In this document: one piece after another, positions 1 to 12,725 of the stretch
Layout: every line of letters starts with the position of its first letter
How positions within the stretch are numbered: the stretch's first letter is position 1
Source of the DNA: Penicillus capitatus
Taxonomy: Eukaryota > Plantae > Chlorophyta
Reading direction: 5' to 3'
DNA length: 64,000 bases
Assembly (NCBI GenBank): GCA_965649825.1
Contig: OZ287706.1
Location: 186,001-250,000, forward strand
Notes under the pieces: generated by a model
The model's input: only the letters and a program-made list of their open reading frames with translations
What the model was told of the DNA's origin: nothing
Database searches by the model: none
Translations under genes and position numbers: made by a program

Positions 1-160
1 AAGGAGGTTGTCACGGTGGGTGTCGTAAGAGGGGGCCGACCTGGTGAGACGGCGACAAAAGGCAGCTCTGTGGCTTCGTGCTGATGAGATCCGACGGTCG
101 GTTCGTCGAGTGCGTCTGAGGGGATGGTCGTTTCTTTCTTCGAGGCGAAGTCGAATCGAA

Positions 161-3100
161 ATGTCGCCATGCTCGATCGCAGATGACGCATCCCGTCTTT
201 TCATTGCAAATCGCGCACGTGTGATCGGCGTTTTGCTCATGGACGCCGCACTCCATGCAACGTCTGCAGCGGGAAACGCGCCGTCGGACGTGTGGATCCC
301 GAGTGTGGATCGGTTCAAGAGAGCACTGCAGAAATGCACGACAGTGCGCCATGCCTCACACGACAGGTCCCGTGTCGACATGTGCATCGAATGCAATGCA
401 CGGCAACGGGCAGGACTTTGCACGAGATCGTCCTGGACGCACGAACCTACGACGTTCGCTCGCTTAAGTACGCCAGAGAGCTCGGTCTCTTAAACGCCGC
501 GTCTTCAACGGTGAGCCTGGCTAAGGACGAAAGGAGAGCGGCATTTCGGTGTGTCTGTATGGTGTCAGGTTCGGCAGCGGGGAAAGACATCGACAATATC
601 GGCGTCGGAGAGAGACGAGGAGAGACGAGATCCATTCGAGAGCGTCCAAACGGGCGATAACGTCGTGGAGTTCTACGCTCGTTACGGTCAGGACAGTCCA
701 GTCAAGTTCTTCTACTGCAACCGGTATGCTCGCGCCCTTTACGCCCTGCTCACCCGACAGTACTGAATGGACGAAGGGCCGATACCTCTGTCTCTTATCT
801 GCCGTATGATCTGGTTGTGGTGCCGAAGGAACGGCGTTCGAGATCTGAGTACTTTACTGTATCGGCCACCGGTGTTATGCGCATCCATAAAAGCAAGAAG
901 TGATCGGGTAAAGCTGAGAGAAGCATGTATGGTCTGTAGATGTGCATGCGGAGTTCACTCCTTTGTCCGACTGGGTGCACGAGAAGATTATGTTTCGCCT
1001 GTTGAAGCATCTGAAGTTCTATCGATTTTTCTTCGAAATGGGGAGCTTTGTTCGATGGCGTAAGGTATGGGTTGCAGGACGCGAGTGTTCTGGGTATGGC
1101 GGCGCTGTGGCCAGACCGTCCGGCGCATCAAACTCGGCCGTCTGCGAAGTCTCGTCGAGCGTCAGTTGTTTCTGACGATGAAGACGTTTTCCAAGCCCCT
1201 GATGGAACTGCATGCGATGACGCAGCGAGTCGAGGCCTTAGAGTTCTGTCGTATGACGCCGCATCACACTTACGTCATCGATGAGTTCAAAGAGCTGCAA
1301 CGGACGACACGTGAGGAGAGCACCAAACCAAAAATCGGCGAAATCGCCGATACAGCCCAAGCGGTCAGGCACAAGACAGTTCTGCACGCCATGGCCAACG
1401 ACGCGTTATTAGGCATTGGAAGATCTCTGTGTGGCGGTCGAGACGCAGGCACAACGGCACCGCGATTCGATCCGTGACGAATCGGAGCTGCTCGATCAGA
1501 CAGGTAGGCGATCATGCACGCTGTCCGGTCTCGCGCTAGACGTCGGTACGGTGTTAAGGGGTGGAGCTCGTTCCGGGTCAGAGCGCGTCGAAACGAGAGA
1601 GCATGCGAGCGATTCGATTGAAGAAGCGACAGCGAGGGCGGGACTATCGCAGGGCAATGCGCGAAGAGAAGCTTCTCGGGAGATTCGTTCGTCTCGTCGA
1701 TATCATGCTCACCGAAAGTACGCATCGTCCTTTGAGTGTGTCCTTGCTGGTACTGTCTGCGGGTTCAGAGTTGCTGGAGAAGAGCGAGGCGTCGTTGTCT
1801 TTTCTCCTCGAGCAATTGACACCGTCGTCTGCCGTTTCTCCGACGGGAAAAGTGTCGAGAGGCGTCATACAGACGTCGATTCGTTTTGACCAAGGGAAGA
1901 CGCTGTTCTCTCCAGATCATGCTTCGGTCCAGACGGTCATCAACGAGCAGGTTTTCGAAGGAATGGCATCCGTTCTGCAGCAGGTCAGCACGAGATGTCA
2001 CATCACGTCTTAAGTACACATGACGCAGACGCCGCATCTCATCTTTGCTCGGAGTTTTGCGCGGTTCTTTCCAGAAAAGCCGTCGGCAATGAACGCGTTA
2101 CAGTGCTTCATGGCCTCCGAGTCCGAGTCCTGTCAGTCACTCAAACGTCGTATCCAAACGGTACTCAAAAGCGATTTTGAGGAAGCGGCGCATTACGCTA
2201 AAGTATGAAAAAGTGGAAATGTCACACTTATTTCATTGCGCACAATTTTGATTCGATAGGGATTTGATGATTACCAAAGACTGCATGCATTCGGTATCGA
2301 GTGGGATCCGAATCGATTCAGGGAGAGAGCGTCCTTTGGGCTTCGAGAGATCCGACGAGAATTGCATCGGCAGCGAGAGTGGCGCAATGAGTTAGAGAAG
2401 ATGAAGATGTCACAGGTCAGTCACACTTTTCCTAGCTATAAAGCGAAAAGAGTGATGTGACGTCCAGGTGCTCGGATATTTGTGCGTCGAAACCAAAACG
2501 CTGCGCGCTGCGCTGCTGCCTGTTACGGAGACCATCGTCGAAGATCTCAAACGTCTCTTATTGCAACACGCCAGAAGCGTCTGCGCGACAATACTGCAGA
2601 GTTACCAGGAGAGAATTGCACGGTTGCGGCATCGTCCTCTGCTGCTCGACGAGTTTGCAGACTATCAGGCAGAAACGTCCTATTTCCTAGATCTAATACG
2701 ACAGAGGCGTTTCTAGGCGATGTATGCGAAGGAGCTCGATGCGAAGAACGCACTCGTTAAGCGTGTTGCCGAGCTAGACGACATGTATGATCTGCTTGCC
2801 GTTCATCGTCACGAGGTTGCGCCATCTATTGAACGGCAAACCGAACGAAAGGTGTTATTCTGTGGAGATACCGACCGCAGATCAGGTGAAGTATGATGAT
2901 CTGAAAGAGGCCGTCAATGCGTTCGTCGGGGAACTGAAAAGCGGAAAGGAATTTATCGCCGATCAGAAGGAGACGCAAACGATCCATCTGCAAAGTCGCG
3001 TTCGATCGGCAAACGAGACGTTGATGCACATCTATAGATCCCTTCAGAACGGTAATACCATAAGATCGCCACATCACAGCGTTTTGACGATACTGGTCCA

Positions 3101-3862
3101 GGTGCCGTTGTTCATGCCGACAGTGATCCGGAGGCGATGGTGGCCGATTTGGAAGAAAAGCTACAGAAGGTTTTGGAAATGGGGATGGAGATCGAGAAGT
3201 TGAAGCGCTTTCAGACGGTCCTCGAGTTGCCGCCTGACGATTTTCACGACCTCGAAACGGCCGAAAAAGCGGCGAGAGTAAAACTCCAGATCTGGCATCT
3301 GTTCAGACGATTTACCGACCGCACACGTGTGCCTTGACGCAACGCACGCAATCGAAAGGAGACGTCTCTTGTTGTACATACAGACAGGTGGCAGAATGCA
3401 TCGGTGTTTGATGTGGAGACCGGCAGGGTTCGATTTGTCGTCGAGGAGATGAAGAGTGAGATGACTGAGATGACAACGTTAGCCGCCAAGATCGCACGCG
3501 AAAATAGAGAAGTGAACAATGCGGTGGTGTTGCGAGACCGTTGCCCGAGGCGAATGTGTTAGGAGCGCGTGATCCTGCGCCTCAAAGATCGCATGGAGCA
3601 GTTTATGACCCTGTGGCCACTACTGGAGGCTCTCTGGCATCCAGCCCTCGATCTTTCTCACTGGAAGCAGATCGTGGCGCTGCTGCCGTCGACAGATAAA
3701 GGGATAAGCGCTGTAGAGTTAACCCTCCAACAGCTCTTAAGTCGTTTCCAGAAAGGACCGTTGAGCATGATTGACGTGATGGGTGCAGGTTTGGGTATTC
3801 GAGATCATATCGAGACGGTGAAGGGTATCTGTGAGATGGCATCAGGGGTGAAATCCGCTTAA
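161..3862 (+). CDS. Axonemal (inner-arm, DNAH6-like) dynein heavy chain, N-terminal tail only; multi-exon, 5' end uncertain and possibly outside the window
   Basis: Spliced exons give VEFYARYGQDSPVKFFYCNR/..YLPYDLVVVPK..EYFTVSATGVMRIH/..EFTPLSDWVHEKIMFRLLKHLKFYRFF, later IPTADQVKYDDLKE and PLLEALWHPALDLSHWKQI..GICEMASG. These match dynein tail and start-of-linker motifs as I recall them. Frame closes at TAA 3860-3862 and no AAA/P-loop exons follow. Confidence 0.8.
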
Positions 3863-6800
3863 CGCTACGGCAGATACGGTGCCGAATTTTGGCCTCGGCC
3901 TCTGTAAAGAACCGCGAGATGTCGAAAGCAAAGATCAAATAACTGCCACGTTTTGCCGGAAAAAACTGAAATGCTGGAAATAAGAGGATGACATTGGACA
4001 GCACGATGGGGGAGGGATGCGCTAGCGATTACAGTTGGTCTTGTGAGACCATTCAGTCCGAATCATAGACAAGACACTAACAGTTTCGGTAATTGACATC
4101 AGAGTCACGTTTTGTAGTTACGTTCATACACTTCATTGAGGTGTTTATTTTCGACATCCGAAATATGAGAGCGAAATAAAGCATCATTCGACCGGAATCT
4201 TACAGTACGACCACAGATTCCCCACCGCCACGTGACTGGGCGGGCATTAGATTTTAATGCATATACTTAGCAAACACCCACGACTGGATTTGTCTTACGG
4301 AGATGGTTTTCGTTCGACACGACAGTATGGTGCGTTAAATCAACAGAAGGATAAAGGCGGCCCAGAGCGCGAAAAGCCCACAGACGATTTTGACTCCTGC
4401 GTAGCTTCGTTGTTTTGCAACAGAGGTAGGTTCTTGTGCGCCGCGTTTTCCAGAAAGGACATCGGTCTTCTCCACGTTAGCTGTTGCCATATTGCAGCAC
4501 AAACGACACGGATCAACGAAGGCGCGTGACTGGTTGGTTAAAAGGCGCAGATCGATGATGCGCGCGCGGCTGGTCGGTTAAAAGGCAGTAGTGGACGGAC
4601 AACTTCGAAGCGACCTGCAACTTGGAGGATGCTGTCTGTGCTGTCTGGAATCTGCGAAAAGACTTGCCTCCGAACAAATTCGCCCTGTCCACTCGTTTTA
4701 TCAGAATCCGGGATAACCGCCGTGTCAGGTTTTGCGCAAAAAGTCCACCTGACGTATGTCTGGAGGCTGATGCCGTCCGACTGGATGCCGAGGAAGAGAA
4801 CACGGCCACAGACGCGCTGTTTTGAGCTTTTGGAGGCGAGAAGTCTCGTGCCGTGATTGCCGAAAGAAGCTGCTGTCGTTTCATCTGTTTCTCACATTCG
4901 CCTCTGTGCTGCACGCAACTGCTCAGGCGGCATACGTTACGAGAAACGGGTGTAAACGGCAAAAGCGGCGGGCGTGTTTCGTGGATCGTACGCTTCGGTC
5001 ATCCACTCTAGTTCCTGGCCCGTAAGGTATGGAGACAGCAGACAGACACGTGCCCATTCATTTCCATTGACCGCCACGAGATTGTTTCGTACACGGAGGC
5101 ATTTTGAAGGACATGTTGTCATTACCATTCGACTTGGTTCGCTCTTATGCTTTTGTAGCATATGTACTGTTGTGTCCTATGGCTATCGGATCGTGCTGCC
5201 CTAGATGTCGTACGATCGTTGTACCCGCAGTCGATTCTCAATTGAGCGGCTCCATCAGCAAAACAGGGTATGCCAAGGTCCCGGAGACAGAACATGAAGT
5301 GAATCCATCGTCGATGAAGAGTGTCGAACGACGCGATTCGGTCGAACGAGATGACATCGGATGAAGCAGACCGCGTTGCTGTTCATGTCCATCACAAAAA
5401 CGGCCGTTCCTCTGCCGCGTGTGCTGCACACAATGGCAAAGTCATCCACTACAAGATGACCATCGCGTTGTTTTTTACAGCGAATTCAACCTCGGCTTGT
5501 GAGCAAGTCGTCAGTTTCGGTTTTTACAAAGAATGTAAACAACGGGTCAAAAAAGAGTGTTCCCTTCGAAATGTGTCACATCAGGAAAATGACAAGCTAA
5601 ACTACCGATGAGCATAAAGTGTGTTTTGTTCTTGCTTTACTGCAGCATGATGCTGCAGAGATTGAACAGGGACGGACTACGGAGGCATGTCGCTAACGAG
5701 ATTTCGGTTTTGCGAGATTAGGTCCAGAGGGCTCCACAAGACATCGCCGACGGTCCACGTCGTTCAGAAAATGATAACGATGGCAAGGATCCACGCCACG
5801 CAGAGAAAAGAGATAATGCGGAATTCCATAGCGTCGTCTTTCTGGCCGAAAAGATACTTAGATATGTCGAGGAAGTTTTCACAATGCACTGGACGCGGAT
5901 TCTAAGCAAGAGGATATTTCCCGGAGCGAAGAATGGCTTTTTCAACAAAAATGCACCGCCCGTGGGGTTTTTGTCTCTGTGGGTTTGAATCGACGAGCTG
6001 TTTCAAAAACAGACCACGTTCGGCGAAACTGTAACAAGGTATGTGTGCCAGGTCATGAAACGTCACATCGCTTCATGAACACCACAGAGCCAAACTGCGC
6101 GCTCTGTTGTTGCCTTGAATCTGCGTCAGATTTTCGTCAACACTCTGGCTTATTTGTCGAGTAGAGTTTCTTGAGTCCACGACGGTGACAAGGATTGCAC
6201 CGTTCTTATTTTTAAAGTGGTCTTTTTGCCTTTGCGAACATCGAACGATCTATCTTCGACGCATGCGCTGTTTTTGCTGAACGCGAATCCAACTGGTCGG
6301 CTGCCTTGGGTCATGCGCCAGAACACCTTGGTTGCAGAGGGATGAGATCGAGAACATGAGTATGTCTCGCTTGTCAGGATGGCTACTCAGACGGTGGCTG
6401 TTTTGGAATCCATATACGGATGGGTCCTTCTATATTTGGATAACCAACAGTACCTTCTGCATCACTGCTAAATCTGCCCTGTGTTGCACACCGTGAGACA
6501 TGGATTGCCGATGCTGAACTCATAGACGTAGCCAGATCAATGCCACCATCAGGGAGGCCAAAATCCGTACTCGCTCAAAATGAACGAACGAACGAACTTA
6601 GCTGGACTGGAGAAAATCCCTCTTTTGAGCAGAGGTGGATATACGTGGAAGGGAGAATAACACAAAGCGAGAAAGGAATGCACGCACTTGACATGTGGAT
6701 TGAAGCTATCTCGATAGCTGCGCCACAAATGATTGTCATTCCTGCTCATCACGATGGAATACCTGTCAAGGTGTGATGATCGAGGCAACGCCGAAGCAGA

Positions 6801-7031
6801 TGACGACCAGAGTGATGTGACCGTTCGTCCGATCTCGTTTCACCGATCCAAAGATCTGCCGTCGACGATCGCGATCGTTTTCGAGTATTCAGCAAAAAGA
6901 CTATTGACATGATGCGTGACGTGCACAGCTTAGATGTCTGATATGATCGAGGTGTATCTTCCAGTGAACTCATTCGTCCGTAAGAATCATAAAGATGATG
7001 CGTACTACTTTGTTAATATGAGATCCGAAAC

Positions 7032-10000
7032 TCATGGTATCAGAGTCACTTTAATGCCACCCCGGTTCGTAAGGTGATATTCGATTTCGTTCGAATCGGC
7101 GTGAAATGCCACGACCAGATCGATCTCGCCTTCTCCATCGAAATCGTCATCGAAAATGCGTTTGAATCTGAGAATCGATCCGTCGTCGTCTTGCTCGATC
7201 TCGCCGTCTTCGATTTCGAAGAGATCGCCGTCTTCCACGATGGCATCTGCAGATTTTTCTTCAAGTTTGTAAGTACTCACACTGCCTTCGTCGCCGCCAA
7301 GGCCGATCACTGCCTCGGAGCCGATCATCAAACCTGGACTCTCTGGCCAACCGAGAGCGACCCATCCAGTACCCGTCGTCTGACAGGCAAAGGAAACACC
7401 ATCATCCTCCACAATCCAATGCAAGAGGTATTCGCCGCCCAGTGCTTCGCTCATACAATCGTATCCATCGAGGGTCGATTTGACGCACTCTCCCTCAGGA
7501 GCGTCGCCTGGTACATCGAAGAAATTGACACGGCCAAATATACCACGGCCTTCGTATGTTGTTCCGATGCCGCCGCCGTGGAACTTCAGTTCATCTTCTC
7601 CGTAGAATTTCGCGTTGGAAACGCGACCAGTTTCGAGACCCGAATTTGGGACGTGCGTGTACTTCTTCCTTTCTTGTCCATAGGCGTAGACAAGCAAGTA
7701 GTCCACATCCTTCAGGATGCAGTAGTCTGAGTTGGCATCAACTGTCTCCAGCTTTCTTCTGAACTTCAGATAAGTGTGATCATCGAATTCTGCTCCCAGT
7801 GCATCGGTGATGCCATCATCGCCGCCATAGAAGACATCTGGCAGAGGTTTGGCGCGACTGGGTGTGAAGGAATCTTGAATTCTGAACATGCCGTCTTTGG
7901 TGTAAACAACGTAGATGTCTTGATTAATCATGGCATGCGCCGCTGGCGTTGTCGCGACGTTCTCACACTCCGTTCCTTTGGCGATGATCTCAGGAATGAA
8001 CTCTTTATCTGCAAGACCACAAAGGACGAGACGTTCGGGAACGAAAATGATATGTCATGAAGACTGTACCTTTGTCCGATTTGCCTTCACCCTCAGATTC
8101 CGAACCCCCCTCGCCTTCACCCTCAGATTCAGAATCGCCCTCTCCTTCGGCCTTGGAGTCCTCTTTCTCGTCACCCTCTCCTTCGGCCTTGGAGTCCTCT
8201 TTCTCGTCACCCTCTCCTTCGGCCTTGGAGTCCTCTTTCTCGTCACCCTCTCCTTCGGCATCAGATTCGGCATCTTTTTGTTTCAGAGATCGGCTGGAAA
8301 GACGATCTTCGGTCTTTTCCATGAGAAGAGATGGCATTTCTGCTTTTAATCCACGTTTTCCTTTCGGGCGTTTCACCAAATCATGGGTTCCTTCATCATA
8401 CTCTGCTGTAAAAGGTTTACCATCTTCGCAAACACCCGAAGCACCATCTCCTTCACCCTCAGATTCCGAATCCCCTTCGCCTTCGCCCTCAGATTCAGAA
8501 TCGCCCTCTCCCTCAGCCTTGGAGTCCTCTTTCTCGTCTCCCTCTCCCTCAGCCTTGGAGTCCTCTTTCTCGTCTCCCTCTCCCTCAGCCTTGGAGTCCT
8601 CTTTCTCGTCTCCCTCTCCCTCAGCCTTGGAGTCCTCTTTCTCGTCTCCCTCTCCCTCAGCCTTGGAGTCCTCTTTCTCGTCGCCTTCTCCCTCTCCTTC
8701 GGTTGTGGAATCCTCATCATCTGATTTTTGTTGGAGCATTCGATGATCAATGTTTTTTGCTTCTTGTTGAATCTCAGGCATCCGTCGATGGACCTTTAGA
8801 GAGCGGCGGCGAGATGACTCATCGTCTTCTTCTCCCTCGGAAGCGGTGTCTTTTTCATCCTCGTCTTCTTCAGAAGCCGTGTCTTTGTCTTCGTCGTCTT
8901 CTCCCTCGGAAGCTGTGTCTTTGTCTCCTTCTCCTTCTCCTTCCGTTTCAGCATCAACATCAAGTAGCGTATCATACTCCTCTGCGATTTCTGAACCCAT
9001 TGCATGGTCGTTTCCCAATCCTGTGGCAATGGGACGAAATCCAAATGCAGCCCAGTTACTCGTCTTCGCCTTAATCGCAAATTCAATCTCGTTTGCTTCT
9101 TCATCGATTTTGAAAAACAGTTTGAAATTTCCTTCGGGGACAGATGCGTACATAACGGGATACTCGTCTTCCCAATCATCGGGTTCACCCATCTTCAATT
9201 TACTTCTCTTGTTGCAATTTCTGGACGTGATATATGAACCCTTCAACGGCTTCGTTTCTTTACCAAACCACCCTTCTCGGCAGTAACACTGTTTGTTGGG
9301 AGGCGTAATATTGCCAGTGTCCACACAGACCCCTCCTTCACCGCAGTGCTCATCTTCTTCGCATTCATTCTGACTTTGACAGTATTCTCCATACCAGAAT
9401 CCATCTTTCGGCGAGCTGTCACATTCACACTTGCCCTTCTTATCACATTTACCATGTCCAGAACAGCCATTGCAGTCGGCAGCATCGTCCACGATATCCA
9501 CCAGAGCACAGCTGTGGAATCGGTACCCCGATCCCCATTCCAAAGCCTGACGTCTCAGTCTGAGAACGCATCCCTTGCAAGGGGTCTCGGGCATTTTCAA
9601 TGTGGCAGACTGCTGAGTCGAATCTGAGACGCAGTCCCAGTGATCGCTGTTGTTCCATGTCGACGTCATCTGACTGTCAGCATCGTACAACTCAAACAGC
9701 CAACCACCCTGGTGTGCATAATGCAGCGCCCTGATCACACCGACGATGTAAACCCCGGCCGCTTGACTTAGCGTGAGGGCCTTACCAGTAAACGGTGACA
9801 TTCTCGCCGGCCTTGAATTCTGTCACTGTCTTCGTATTGGGTTCCGGCAATCGCCATTCTTCCGTTTGTTCGGAGCCAGATGCGTCGTGTCCACAGATAC
9901 CGTTTGTGCGGAAGGTATCCAAAAAGTCTAGGCACCCGAGGCATTGTCATGGCTGCAACGGTCGACGGATGAGGCAGCTCTTACCTAAGTTGAGCGTCGC

Positions 10001-10075
10001 AGGCGGATAAAGCAACTGAACGTGTGCATCGACGCTCAGAAAGAGCGCAAAGAGCGTCAGACAGATGCGGAGCAT
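7032..10075 (-). CDS. Secreted protein: signal peptide + N-terminal His-brace (LPMO-like) domain + EGF repeats + DOMON (with large acidic insert) + second DOMON
   Basis: ATG at 10075; introns 9984-9928, 9785-9731 and one near 8070-8010. MLRICLTLFALFLSVDA|HVQLLYPPATLNLDFLDTFRTNGICG..WALHYAHQGGW..RQALEWGSGYRFHSCALVDI; EGF CSGHGKC..CECD and CGEGGVC..CYC; DOMON motifs WAAFGFRP..HAMINQDI..KFHG and WVALGW..GLMIGSE..EYH. Confidence 0.85.
8095..8705 (-). repeat. Coding 36-nt tandem repeats (DEKEDSKAEGEG) in two blocks, each followed by DSESEGEG units
   Basis: About five units of gagtcctctttctcgtctccctctccctcagccttg near 8510-8700 and three units of gagtcctctttctcgtcaccctctccttcggccttg near 8140-8260. 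Synonymous differences are block-specific. Confidence 0.95.
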
Positions 10076-10784
10076 CTTCTCTTAAGAGGACAGTAGACTG
10101 CGGTTTGGGCGCCGAGCAAAAATGTCGAATTCACAACGTGCGTGGCAGGGGAAGAGAAATAAGGTATCCAAAGACAACTTCTTTGCTTGTCTAAAGAATG
10201 GATATCGTCTGCTTCGACAATTCAAAGTAAACTCTGGCACGGATACTGGAATTTATATGACGGGTACATGGGATGAGACATCACGTAACGCTGTGGTCGA
10301 TGATGACACAGCCGTCCGTTCACAGCGAACCTCCGAGCGACCGTCAAACCATAGTGACGCGATGAAGCTAGTCGCATCATCACAAAAGATGTCTAGAGAT
10401 GGAGAATGTGCCTCACCCGCTGTTGTTTACAGATCGACGACGACGACGACGGGTTCTTCAGAATCGTCATAATACACCGAAACAAAACTTCAGGAGAGAG
10501 AGGGTGGGGTTGTGAATAAGAGCCACCCGATACTTAAGAGATATCATCGACGGACTAAGGGGACGACGATCACCCCATCATGAGTTGATAAGGAAAGGAA
10601 GGGAGTGCGCTATCACTGAAGGATCAACAGAGCGATGGTGAGGCAGCGGAGCACTCCGTATAACAACTCCGTCCCCCTTTCAGACAGCACTGATGTCTAC
10701 ACAAACATAGGATGAAGAAAAATCCGATTCAGAGAGCGTGGAAGTCCGTGGCCAGCATTCCCTCCCGGTCGACCGTGGGGCCTT

Positions 10785-12283
10785 TTAGTTTGTGCTGGGT
10801 CCTCGGATTTTTTCGACGACGTGATTTGGTGCCTCGTCCAATTCTCCGGGCAACCAGTTGAAGAGCTGAGGTGGTGCATGATCTGCACAAACATACCGAC
10901 GCCTGTTAGCAGGGGATGCGATCGAAGCGCACAGACCTTTGCCGAAACGTGTGTTGGGGTCACGAAGTTCATCAAAGTATGGATGGGCCAGAGCCTCAAA
11001 GGCAGTGATACGTTGCTTTGGATTGTAAGTGAAGAATTTGGAGAGGAGATCGACAGCATTGGACGGAATATGCCTCTCCGTCATGCGAGAAAGCCATCTG
11101 GCCAATGGCTGGGATCGGATGTTCGGAAATTTAAGCTCGGTGTAGTGACGGTTCATGGCCACCATGTCTTCTCTACTCGGTGTGCCTAGCACTCTCACAA
11201 CTTGAACTAACTGATTCATACTGGTTTCGCCTATATGTCACACAAACAGATTTTTCTCACACATTTGTGGGTGGTGGTGGTTTACTAACTGACCTTGAAA
11301 CATTGGTCGTCCCGTCAATAGTTCAGCCATAACGCATCCTGTTGACCACATGTCAATGGCACAGGTGTATTCGGATGCTCCGAAAATGAGTTCTGGAGCC
11401 CGATAGTATCTGCGCATTGAATATGAGATGCGGTCAAAAGTGTGATCGATGATGTGACCTGGAGCAGATGTATGCAATGTTGGGTTCTCCTTTGACCAGT
11501 ACTTTTGCACTTCCAAAGTCACAAAAGAAGAGTTGTTGCCTTTCCAGGTCCAGAAGAAGATTTTGAGGTTTGATATCTCGATGGCAGATGCCCATAGAAT
11601 GCATGTAAGCCAGTCCTCTGCACATCTGATAGACGTACAATTTCACACATAGCAAGGGCACAGCCTGTTGGTTATTGTTGTAGTGACGGATCAAACGATG
11701 GACCGTATCTGGAACATAATCCAGAACCAAGTGTAAGTAAGACTCATTATCTTCAGCGTTAACGGTGAAGCAATGATGCAGCTTGATGATATTGGGATGA
11801 TTCACTAAACGCATGATTTGCAGCTCACGACTCTTGAATCGCTTGTCCAGTAAAACCTTCTTGATACCCACCTACACGCAGATCGTCCATTGTGTTAGGG
11901 GACAGGGTGCAGGAGAGGGCGATGAAGATACGTGTGCACCCGTGTCGACGCGGACGGCCTTGAAGACAGAGCCAAAAGAACCCGTTCCCGCCAGTTTGCA
12001 CGTGGTATAGCGTATCGTTTCATAGTTACCGCTCTCGTTGAGGATAACGACTTCGAACATCCATCGATTCTCGCTGGCATCCGAATGCAGCACGTGGCCC
12101 TCTGGAACCTACAATGACATTATGTACAGGGAGGACCTCGTGGGTGAAAGGGCACTACTGACCGTTTCCGCTTTTTCCGAAAGCGCCTGAAACTCCCTTA
12201 TCTTTTGATCCTTGACTTTCTGAGCGGCACGGCAGTGAGAGATGAGGGTTGGTGTGGTGGATGGTGGTTTGTGTTACTTTCAT
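10785..12283 (-). CDS. GSK3: Shaggy/GSK3-like protein kinase
   Basis: [70 protein letters not shown] across short introns. First exon uncertain. Confidence 0.95.
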
Positions 12284-12725
12284 GGATTCTTGTTGAGGTA
12301 TGAAACTAGAAGGCGCTGCTGTATCCTATCAGACACACTCTGTTGAGTTCAGCAGCGGTACGCGCACCGACTCGCGATGTTTCTCTCCGTCCTTTCTGAG
12401 AACTAGAGTCGTGCCGATCCTACCACGCTGTGCACGTCGGCGCGCAACTTTCTAGCGATGCTCGTTTTCCTTTACCCAAACCGCGAGGTTAAATGGAAGA
12501 AGAAAATCGCTCGGTCAGAGAAAAAATAAAACAAGAAAACAGACGCAGCGAATGGGATGGAAGAATGGTGCCTTGTTGACATGACCTGAGCATTTTCATG
12601 TCGCATCCGTCTCGCCGACGCCCGCAGTAAACGATCCATCTCTCCCTCGGATAACAGCGCCAAATCAAAACACCGCCCCTCAAATCTTCATCATTTCGCC
12701 CTGTCGACGCCATTTGTGCGCGAAA

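Noticed and set aside
764-769. TGA immediately followed by ATG between abutting ORFs (possible TGA readthrough)
   Set aside because: It lies inside a GT-AG intron (gtatgc..gacgaag, from about 723); splicing restores the dynein frame.
4513-5460. Protein-like short ORFs (e.g. WTDNFEATCNLEDAVCAVWNLRK..)
   Set aside because: Bounded by stops, no recognised domain and no transposase or RT motifs.
8095-8705. CRISPR-like array of 36-nt repeats (also the Kazal repeats)
   Set aside because: No unique spacers, in-frame within eukaryotic CDSs, no cas genes.
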